Shown: positions 13,601-25,600 of the stretch, one piece after another
Layout: every line of letters starts with the position of its first letter
Position numbering within the stretch: position 1 is the stretch's first letter
Assembly (NCBI RefSeq): GCF_964355755.1
Contig: NC_092678.1
Span: 24,941,365-25,005,364, forward strand
Reading direction: 5' to 3'
Source: Antedon mediterranea
Taxonomy: Eukaryota > Animalia > Echinodermata
DNA: 64,000 nucleotides
Program-made: the position numbers and the translations under genes
The notes under the pieces: generated by a model
Database searches by the model: none
Told to the model about the DNA's origin: nothing
Seen by the model: the letters and a program-made list of their open reading frames with translations, nothing else

Positions 13601-16600
13601 CCGACAGATCCATCATCAGATTCTATTGAAAATTAAGATTGAAAGTTACTAGGTCAATGGTCACTAATTCATAATTAGATGGGTGCCCAACTGGATGGAA
13701 AGTTACCAGGTCAAAGGTCACTAATTCATAATTAGATGGGTGCCAAACTGGATGGAAAGTTACCAGGCAAAGGAATTACCTACCTGATTGGGTATGTGAG
13801 GTTTCTAATGTGTAATCTTTTAAGAAAAAATCTGAGATGTATCTTTCTCCAAAACTCTGTAATTTTCTATATATATGTCGTTTGTAAATTAGGCCAAATA
13901 AAAAAATATACTTGTTAAGCGTCACACCCTCATAAATTTTCAGGGGCGGGGGGACGTTTTTGTTTTGTTTTTTTTTTTACTTTTTATGGAGGTATATTTT
14001 TGAGCGTTGGACGTTTTGGCCCACTTTTTTTAGGACGAAACGTCAAACTTTTAAAATGCGAAACAGAACAAAATTGCTATGTATGTATGAAATATTATTG
14101 CCCATGACAAAATTGAGTTTTGTATTGTTTATATCCAGATGTAATTAAAACATTAAATTTAATTGCCACCAAGCGAAATTGTAGGCCCTAGGCTAACTAA
14201 TCCGTCCAAGCTCCTACCCCGCCTCACTCATCGGCCATCCGCGTCTCTCGCTCGACTCATCTATCCAGGAAATTCCCTATCCGTATCGCGAGAAGCATGA
14301 TTTGGTCTCAATAATACTAAATAGTGGGCTGATTTATAGTTTGAAAACAGCTTACGGCATTTCGTAAGTGAATTTTTATTCAACGTATGTATTCATTCTT
14401 CTTTGATGTATCCTTTGCCAATTGCTGTGTAAATCAGTATTTAAAGTTGTGATGCAAAAAGTGTATGTAATTATTCTACAGGTAAACCAGAACCCATCGC
14501 CCAACAGGACCTCGTGGTGTGCCGATCTCGAGCGCGAGATCATCATAAACAAAATTGGTAGAGTCCATTATGTATGGGGTGTTTCCTATTTACGAACCTA
14601 TAAAAAAACGCGCTTCGACCACTGTGTAGGCAAAATATTTATTTCGTTAAATCCCTAAATTGATAATCGCGTATTCTGTAATCACGTGACTGATGATGTA
14701 ATCCTCAGCGACGTACTAAATGCACATGATTTAATGTGTTGGGGAAAAAGCTTGCTGTTTACCACATTACATGATTCACGGTGCTATTCGCGTTTCCTTG
14801 ACGTAAATCGGCGGCGTTTAAATGATCATATTTTTGAACAGTGATTTGGTCTGTGGGAAAAGTGCTATACAAACAACTACAATAACAACAATAATAATAA
14901 TAATACGGCCCTTTAAAAAAATGACAAGAAAAGTTGTATTCTTTTTCAAGGGATTACCTGTATTCTAGGTGCGTGAGTCAAAGCCCACTCTGTCGCTGCT
15001 TCTACAGACGACGTGTGGTTTAAAGCGTCAACAGCGTGTTCTCTTGTGAACCCCATGTCTAGTAGCTACAATCACAGAAAAATGGATTTAAATTAATGGT
15101 AGGTTTGGACATTGTAGATGAAGATGTTAAATTAAAGGTGCCTTAATCCTTAAGCTCTGTCTACACTATCAAACTTTATGAAAATGCGATGTGCCCATAT
15201 ATGGACATGACATATCAGTATCACAACTTTTCTTTGTCAAACTAGTTTGATAGTGTAGACAGAGCTTTAGTCATCATTTACGATTCCTTTTCACCAGAAT
15301 TAGCGATCATTCTATAATATACTCACTGAATCGCAATTAGAAAACAGAAATAGATACGAGGAACATCAAAGGGGAAATGATAGGTTGGGAGACAATTGAA
15401 TGTATTTCAGTATGCAAGCCTGTAGTCTTAAGAATAAGGTACAGAAAATCACATACAAAAAGTTAATGTAGCATTGTTATTCATCCTCATTAGCTGTGAA
15501 TAGGCAGCTTACAAGGGGAACTACAATGCATATTTGATAGTGCTACCTTAGTAAATCTGTAGCGCATTCTATAACATAATATAAATTATTATTATGCACC
15601 CCCTATTTACTAGTCTGTGCCTCTTTTGTTTCTTGATTCCAATCAGGCAGGCAGCTGTTACTTATTTCCCTTACTCACATTAGCCTTAGCCCAAATATTT
15701 CATGAGGAGCACCTCAATCTTCTTGGGACTAGCATCTGCTGTGCAAGGTCAATGCACTTAATGATAAAGTATGTTAAATTTGAAAACAATCTTCTAACCT
15801 GTTGTATATGATCAGCATTTAATTCTGCCCGTCTACCCACTCTACTCAAAACACCAGAGCCTAGGAGAGCAGCTGCTGTTGGAAGGCTACTGCTACGAAT
15901 ACCAAATGGAAGGCTTGCTGCATCGGATGATGTTCCAGCTTGGGCAACTTGAGGGTTTTTCTCTTTTTCACGCTCCTCTCGTACTCGTGTCTCCCCTCGT
16001 AAAATGTGGCATAAAATGGCTAGCATACTTTCGGACATCCTTCCTCCATACGTTTTTAGTGGCTTGCGATTCCATAAGTTCATAACAGCAGTATACGCAG
16101 CCTAGCAACAACAACAATATTACTAATAATAATAATTAACATTCTTTATTTGAATCTACAGGGCTGAAAATTATGGGTATCTTGGTTTTGTTTATTTTCC
16201 ACTCTTCAAATGAATTTAAACACAAGTATAAAATGTATATGGGTGGATGGAGGTCACAATAAGTGCATTGAACTCTAAGTTTTCACATTTTGACATTATA
16301 ATGTATTTTGTAAGTAGGATCCTGCACCGAGTGTAGCACAATAAAGCCAAATCAGTAGTAAATTCCTACTTGGTTTAATCTAGCATTCTTCCCTTGATGA
16401 ATAACCAATCATAATAAGCCATTCATTTACACAGAGAATGCTACACATTTGGACAATATAAATGAATAATATGTTACTATTGCTTTAAATCAATTTACTG
16501 AAATATTATTTTAAAGTAAAAAACAATGGATAAATAAAGCAGAAAATTGTAAACGTACCTTATGTACTTTGATGAGGTATTGTACTGGACTAAACGGTAC

Positions 16601-19600
16601 AAATGACGGTGTGGTTGATTTGTTTGGTAGTGTGTGAGGTGAGTCCAACACCGCTGGTGTGCTAACCATCTTTTCTACCAGCATCAACCAAGCGTCTAGG
16701 AACTCTCCGGTTCCATCTGGTAAGTCTTGGTGCTCTAAACCCTCACAGGTTGGTACTCTTCCTCCCATTGATAATGCCCAGTCAAATGTTCTGAAATAAA
16801 AACAACGTGTCATTGCCTGGAAGCCGACTATGTGTTGCAAATTTTCAATAAATTATTTAACTCCTCCAAATAGGTCTATTCCGGATAATATTTAGGTACA
16901 GTACTTACTCAAAGAGAGCGTTTAAGCCTCCGGAGACAATAAATTTTTGCAACATCAAATGATAAGGACACTTCTTATCATCAAACAGCATAGGCGACGT
17001 AAAGCCAACAGAGCATATGAAAAATGTTAGTCTGAAATTAAGCAAGATTACAACAATATTAAATATGCAAGTAAATATCATTCAAATGTATATATTTAAA
17101 TGTGATATTTGTAAGTAGGATCCTGCACTGAGTGTAGCACAATAAAGCCAAATCAGTAGTAAATTCCTACTTGGGTTAATCTAGCATTCTTCCCTTGATG
17201 AATAACCAATCAAAATAAGTCATTCATTTACACAGAGAATGCAATTTTAATTAAACAAAATCAGACATAGTTAGGCAAACTTAAGGAGGGTGTCCAATAT
17301 TGCGAGAATTGACTGTACAACATATATACTGTAGTGCATTTTATACCTGAATTTAGGTATTGGAGAGTAATCCGGTGGTTGCCATGACAATCCGCTTGAT
17401 AACAACTTAGTCAACGCAGTAGCAGTTGTTCTCGCTGCTTCTGATGGGTCAGCTAAATTGGGCTGCAAATGATGCCCTCTACGTTGTCTCACAGGGGAAC
17501 CGACGCTTAATTTAACTAAAAGTCCAAAGAGTTCTGCTAAAGCACGGCCTAGCCTAGAGGCTGCCGATAGCAACGGTTTGATCTGCTTCACTTGATGCGT
17601 TAATTGTGGACTCATTTTAGATTTTGTTTTCGTCTCGGGCGTGTCACTCCTGCCTTCGTCGACCTCCATTGGCGACATACTTTCTCCGATATCCATCATG
17701 GTGCTAGAATTAGTCCTAACAGTCTCCGAATCAGGAGTTTGCACCATTGATTCTCCCTCCTCTTTGTTGTTATCATCTTTTTTATTTTTCAAGGCATCAT
17801 CTAATATACCATCTTTAGGTAATAATTTATCCATGTCTACTTTGCCAAAGTCACATGTTTCAGGCAAGCTGTTTGGTGTACACAGTCCAAGTAAGATAGT
17901 ACTCTCCCACACTAGAGAGGAATAAAGCTGACTTAGTCCTTGTAGAACGGTTTGACCTAAATCTGACCCCCAATGGTTCACACACATAGTTCTAACATCG
18001 CTCTGAAAAAAAAAAGTGGAGTTAGGTTAGTGATTTAAACACATCAGCACTCTTAACATTTATTAATATTTATAAGATCTAACAACACTACAATCAGTGG
18101 CGTAACGGCTATAAGCGCTCACTGGCTAAACACAGGCCCCGGAGCTCTGGGGGCTCCTGAGCAGTGCCCATAAGGAAAACAGGCATTAAAATATGTTGAA
18201 AAAAGCTAAAAACGCCAGAGGCCTCAAGCATTGAAGGCCCACTTAGGATTCCTAAACTAGGGGCCTCAGTGTTAAGCCACTGACCACAATACATTATTTT
18301 ATTAATTATTCAGTTAGCTTGACTTAAGTAGTGACTTACCTGACCAACTTTACAGACATGTACAAACATTGTAATGTACGCATGTGCTGCTCCCATAGCA
18401 TGTAACAGTGGTGTACGTTGTGCTGACAATATCGCTTCCTCCGTCTTGGGTGCTGCATTAGCAAGCTCTCGTAGTAGAACGGATCCACCGGGAGCTTCTA
18501 ATGATTTGTGCAGTGGTTCTAGAGATTTTAGCACTTCAGATAGATGCAGAAGACCTTGTTTTAAGACTTGTGGCTCTCTGGCTAGTGTCTGTTGAAAACA
18601 CAGATTAAATTTGTAAGAGCAACTTTAAAGAAGTTCTCTCACTAAGGTAATACCTGATAGATATATTCAAATGATCAAGATACAAGTGCTTTAAGGATTT
18701 CAAATAGATGCAGAAACCTGTGTTTAGTTTCCTAGTTATAAAAAAAAATGATTGAAACCATTTTTAGTTTTAAGCTCTGTCTACACTATCAAACTAGTTT
18801 GACAAAAAAAGTTTGATGTGCCTAAATATGGTAGTGATTTGACATCATCATGACATTTTTTTGTCACATCAAGTTTGATAGACGGAGCTTAATAAATACT
18901 TACGAGAACAGCTTTGCAGACACCGGCAACAGCTTGGCATGCAGGATTTGAGGGGAATTCAACTGGAAGATTAGGTAGGCTTAAGATACCAGTCAAAGGC
19001 ACTAATCCCTCCTGACCTATGAACTCTCTACAATGATCATCGGTGGTGTTATTGCTTAGGATGGCTTCTACAAACTTCATCTAGAAAAAGCAGGATATAC
19101 GAAATATTTAATTTTATTCATTTGTCTCATTTAAGATTTTGTTTGTTATATCTTTATACTGGGTGACCTCTTCAGTCAAAGACTGATCTCCCAGAGGGCC
19201 CAGTTGGTGATCAGTGGCTGTGATGTACTAATACACCGGGGTAACCCCCTACTCGTCTCGAAAGATGTACTAGGTTCTTTAAAGTGCACACGAGCAAGTT
19301 GTGTACACTGGACCTACGGTTTATAGTCCTTATCCGAGAAGACTCGTTCTACCACCAGAACCATGGAGTGAGTGAGCCTCGAACCCCTGCCGATGTTATG
19401 GCTACATGATTACGGTGTGATAAGAAGGATAGTGAATTAATTCGCTTATGGTTATCCTTGGCAATTTGCCAAAATATGTATACAAAAGAAATAAAGTATA
19501 ACTTACAACATTTAATATATAATCTACAAGAGGCACTGGTTTCTTGACCTCTGGGTCAGTTGACCTATCAAGAAAATACAAATACAATATAAGTCATCAT

Positions 19601-22600
19601 ATACGATTCTTTAGCTCCCATTCTATGATATACTCACTGAATCACAATTGCAGAAATAGATAGTAGGAACATCAAAGGGGAAATGATAGGGTGGGAGACA
19701 ATTGAATGTACTTCAATATGCAAGCCTGTAGTCTTAAGAATAAGGTACAGAAAATCACATACAAAAAAGTTAATGTAGCATTGTTATTCATCCTCATTAG
19801 CTGTGAATAGGCAGCTTACAAGGGGAACTACAATGCATATTAGAATAGGGTGCTAACAGAATATAAAATAAGGTAAATCTAGCAAATGTTTCTGTGTTAA
19901 ACCTTAACATTGCCTGTTTTATTTTGTACTAAATCAGTGATTAGATTCAACTTACTGTTGTTCCTGAATTTCAATTTTTGGAGATGTTGTAGCGGTTGCC
20001 GGTGGCATGGTCATGTCCTCTTCATCCTCCTCGTCGTCGCTGGACCCATCGTTATCGCCACTATTACTTTGTATATTCTGATTAATCACCGTCTCCACCT
20101 TAGACCCGCTTTGACTGCATTGATACTTGGAGTCTTTGCCCATTACAATGATCTCTTCCAACAGCTGAAACAAGTCAGTCAATATATTATTTACATTTTT
20201 GTCCACTATCAAATACTTGTAATAAACCTAACCAGCAAGATGAGTAACCCAACAAGTAATCAAGCAAATTTTAAGCTAAACTTAGCAAAATGGTTCTCAC
20301 TAGGACGCAACGCAAGGACGTAAGCCACAGTGCAAGCGGATGGACCAATCAAAAGCAATTATTAAAACAGTTCCTTGTGATTGGTCAATTCGCTTACATT
20401 AAACATGCTTATTATATTTAAATAATAATTTATAAGAAAACAAACATAGTTGTTTATATATTGTAAATGTAGCTTAGTTCTTGATCACTCAAGCGTATAA
20501 CAGACGCCAGATGAGGAAAATGTAAGCAGTCAATATGGCATTGGTATTCATCCTCATAAGCAATGGTGTAATCTGCTAACAAGGGGAACTACAATGCATA
20601 AAATAAACGCCAGATGAGGAAAATGTAAGCAGCCAATATGGCACTGGTATTCATCCTCATAAGCTAGGCTTGCTAACAAGGGGAACTACAATGCATAAAA
20701 TAGTAACATTTTTATCAATTATCTAAAAAGTAAGAAATTTGGTGGTGTTGTGATTAAGACAATTTAAAGAGTTACTTAAGACATGTAATAAGTTCAGACC
20801 AATAACCTCTTGAAAACATCTTCAGTTACACTTAGACCAAGTGAATGCCACTTAAAGACTTAATATTTATTGACTTAAGGAAAATACCAAGTACTTATAT
20901 ATCTGACATAAGTACGATTGGTGAATATGGCCACTGACTAGTAATACAATTCAAGATTTAAGAAATGTTATTGGTCGACTTTAAAATGGAAATTTGATTT
21001 GCTTGGCACAACAAAGAAAAATACATCAAATTGCAAAAGGCAAAGTTACCTTAATGATTGCTTTCATTGCATCTGTCCGCAATGATGGTTGATGTCTCAT
21101 TAGTTCATCCATAGCATTACCTAATGCTGATGCAGTGTCACCTAAAATAAGTACAAAATAATGATATCATATAAACACAAGCCTACAATATCATTCCTTG
21201 ATATCCTAATACCTAAACATATCTGTAAAACATGTCCAATAGCTAAAAGCTGTTTTCACTCGCTAGTGGAAATCGAGGAAATATAATTGATTGTATTTCA
21301 ATATGCAAGCCTGTAGTCTTAAGAATAAGGTACAGTAAATCACATACAAAAAAGTTAATGTAGCATTGTTATTCATCCTCATTAGCTATGAATAGGCAGC
21401 TTACAAGGGGAACTGCAATGCTAACAACATACATATATCAACAAAAGATTTGAACACAGTCACAATACTTGAACATGGTCAACTGATCGCAGCCAACTGA
21501 CTGCAATCAACTGAACGCAGTCAACTGAATGCAGCCTACTGACTGCAGTCAACTGAACCGTTGGCACTTACCTAATGGATCTGAGCTTCTTCTTCTCCTC
21601 ATTGCAGGTAGGTAGTCTGGAGATAAAAGAACTTGGAAAAGCTTCTCAAATGGTTTGCATTGGACGAATGCAGCCAGGCCTCTGGCGTTTAAGCACAGGG
21701 CACTGAAGATGTTGGGTAGTGAGCCTAGAACCTCCTTAGTGGCTGGCACCTATGGGAAATATTACATTAAAAGTTAGCATACAACATATGGTGTAACGCA
21801 GAGGCCTTGGTTTAGGAACCCCAAGTGGCCCTCCAACGCTGGAGGCCTTAGGTGTTTTGAGCCTTTTTCAACATATTTTAATTCCTGTTTTTTCTACTGG
21901 GCCCTGAGTTTAGCCAGTGAGCGCTCATAGCCGTTACGCCACCGCATACAACATATGCTAGTATACCCAAAATTTATTCATTTATCACATCACCAAATTC
22001 ATTCTTTTTTAAAAATTCAACAATTCTACTGGTTTTTTTCTTAATTCCCTCTTTCATATAATAACAGGGTATTGAAAATGATATCAGAGAAACATATTAC
22101 ATCCACCAACAGATACATGAACATGTATGTATTTCAATACGAGAGTCTGAAACCTCATTAATAAGGTAGAAAACACCCAAATAGAAACTTTAATGTGGCA
22201 TTGTTATTCATCCTCATTAGCTGTGAATAGGCAGCTTACAAGGGGAACTGCAATGCAAACAACATATATATTATTACTACAAGGTATTATGTAAACTTAC
22301 ATCTTTTATAAGTAATGCATTCAACATCACATCCGTCAGTCCAGTGTCTTGCAGTGATGACAACAAAGATGGCTCTTGAAATACGTATACAATTACCAGC
22401 TCACACGCTGTAAAACAAGTAAAGTACACACATTAAGTCCGAACTAAATCTTAGGTTCTTATGTATTGTATGGATTGTACAGGTGTCACACAATCATGCA
22501 AATGATTTGATTGATTCATGGAAATTTAGAAGGCTATGTGCAAGGATCAGTGTTGAGTTAAGGATGAATATGGTAGTAATATGCCCAAGTATAGTACTGA

Positions 22601-25600
22601 TATGACATCATCATGTCCATATATGGACACACTTTTTTTGGTCACATAAAGTTTGATAATGTAGACAGAGCTTTAGGGGATGGGTAAGAAGGACTTGGTC
22701 TGAGAACTAGAATATATATTGTAGGCTTTCCTTAGAAATAGGTAATTTAAACAGTACGATGTAACGTTAGCACAGTGGTATAGAATTCTAGAGTAAATCA
22801 CAACTTACCTAATAAGAACAAAGATGGCCCATAATACTCTGCGTTGCTGATTATGTGTTTGAGTGATGAGGGCAGTGTTCCGTCCATAACTGAAAAGACA
22901 AATATGGTAGTAATATACCCAAATACATATATGGACACAGCATTTTTCTGTTACATAAAGTTTATAGTGTACACAGAGCTTCAGACTACAATCAAACTTT
23001 TGAGAATAAAATTGATGCAAAAATAAAAATAAAATTGTGTAAATACCATGTCGAATGCTGTCTGAAAATGCTGCATCTGGGATAGCTTTCTTTAGGAAGT
23101 TAAGCATTGATTTGAATAGAGCTGCTCTCTGCGCAAAACACTGCAACCCTGTAACAAACAATGCATGTTTTAAAATTCATTTTACTTTTATTTTGGAAAC
23201 GGACGTCCATAGTAACAAAATCAATTGCATAAATAAGTTTAAATAAATAAAGTTTAATTAAAAAAAAAAATTAGTTCAATTTTAACTCGTTTCAGTTTCA
23301 GTGTCTAATTTGTATTAAGTACTTACTTAATTTAGGTTTTGGTTGTTCTTTGCTGGTGCCCGCCTCTTCTCTACTCGTAGACGGCCCCTGGTTTGTTTCC
23401 ATGGCTTCACTTCCAACTGAACTTGGGCTGGCAACATTAGTCTCCATAGCAACATCTTCTGGTTGGTGGATAGGCGACATAGATCCCTCTCTGGCACGAG
23501 ACGTTGTGATGGATGGATAAATAATGTGTGGGACATCTTGTTTGCATAATTCCACCTCATGCTACACAGAGTAATGATGTACATAGCATCTCAAATATGT
23601 ATATATACAGCTCTGTCTACATTATCAAACTTTATGCGACAAAAAATGTGATGTGCCCATATATGGACATGTCATATCACTACCATATTTAAGAATATCA
23701 CTACCATATTTGGGCACATCACACTTTTTTTTGTCAAACTAGTTTGATAGTGTAGACAAGAGCTTAAAGGTTACCTTAAATCCCTACATATACATAAGGA
23801 ATATATTAGGGAAATAATAATATAACAATCTTTATCTTTCTTTATTTTTACCATCTGAATCCAATTAAGCAGCATGTGGGCCTATCTATGGAGTGCAATA
23901 TTGGTTTAAAGATCAATAATGGGAGTATCTTAAAATGATTGCATCATCAGTAGAACTAATAATGTGGTGTTACTGAAATGTAATTATACCTCTAATCTGT
24001 TGATGAAACAAGCTAATCCGCCATGTGTTTGAAACGCTGACATGTCAAGGTTTGTAATCAAATCAACAACTCGTACGGCCCTTGTCACAAACTACCAGAA
24101 GAAGAAGGTCAAAAGGTTATAAAACTAAATTAAGTACAACAGTAATGTTTAGAATGTTTAATGTTGGTAAATTATTCATCAATATATTCTTGAATCAGAA
24201 ATTAAAACAAATTTGTAAATCATAATTGCTTGTTTCACAATTCAATATATGTTCTCATCATTGTCAAGAATCATGTTGAAACCTCCTTACGACTCCACCC
24301 CTCCTTAACCCTAAACTTACGACTCCATGAGTAATTAAAAACATGTTATTGTGATATATAATATTTACCGTTGTGTGTAATTGTTCATCATGGCCAGACC
24401 ACCTAATAACCTTGAGCAGAGACTCCATCATTCCACATGACACCAATGCTTCACCCCCTGCAAAAAGACAACATCATCAATATTCACACATTGCATACAG
24501 CAACTTAAACATAATGGAATTAACAACTAATTGTTGAAGTTTAATTAAAAAATAATTAAAAAAACTTAAATCCATTATATACAATCATCTTATCAGAAAT
24601 AAAAGTTGATCAATACCTGTTTCATAGCTTGCTAGGTGATATAAAAATGAAAATAGTGCTGTAGCAAAGGAGTGTGGGAAGGCTACTTCATTTGGACCTG
24701 AAACAAACATAAATATATGATTATCGTCGGGTATAATCCCACTTCAGGTATAATCCCACACCTATTCTATGTCTGAATTCACAAACAGGCATATTACAGT
24801 TACTTGGTACTTAATGGGTTACCATGGAGAAATTTCTCCATGGGTTACTTAGTACTTGATGGGTTACTTAACAGGTTACTTAGTACTTGATGGGTTACTT
24901 AACAGGTTACTTAGTACTTAGTGGGTTACTTAACAGGTTACTTAGTACTTAGTGGGTTACTTAACAAGTTACTTAGTACTTGGCGGGTTACTTAACAGGT
25001 TACTTAGTACTTGATGGGTTACTTAACAGATTACTTAGTACTTGATGGGTTACTTAACAGGTTACTTAGTACTTAGTGGGTAACTTAACAAGTTACTTAG
25101 TACTTGGCGGGTTACTTAACAGGTTACTTAATACTTGATGGGTTACTTAACAGATTACTTAGTACTTGATGGGTTACTTAACAGGTTACTTAGTACTTGA
25201 TGGGTTACTTAACAAGTTACTTAGTACTTGGCGGGTTACTTAACAGGTTACTTAGTACTTGATGGGTTACTTAATAGGTTACTTAGTGCTTGATGGGTTA
25301 CTTAACAGGTTACTTAGTACTTGATGGGTTACTTAACAGGTTACTTAGTACTTGATGGGTTACTTAACAGGTTACTTAGTACTTAGTGGGTTACTTAACA
25401 GGTTACTTAGTACTTGATGGGTTACTTAACAGGTTACTTAGTACTTGATGGGTTACTTAACAGGTTACTTACTTGTCATTGCTTGAATACATCTTCTAAC
25501 AAGAACTGGTAAGAAGCCATGATATGAGGCAGCACCTGTAGCGCTTACGATATTTTGAAGTCTAAAAACATAACATTGTAAGTTTAAACAACATTTGAAA

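Noticed and set aside
13917-14915. Possible TTAA-flanked transposon
   Set aside because: Composition suggests a repeat, but I could not find matching TIRs.
15398-15530. Family B 5' pocket as a U6 Psi31 guide
   Set aside because: GUUCC fits U6 GGAAC, but the other pocket strand (AUGAAU) cannot pair with U6 CUAAAA.
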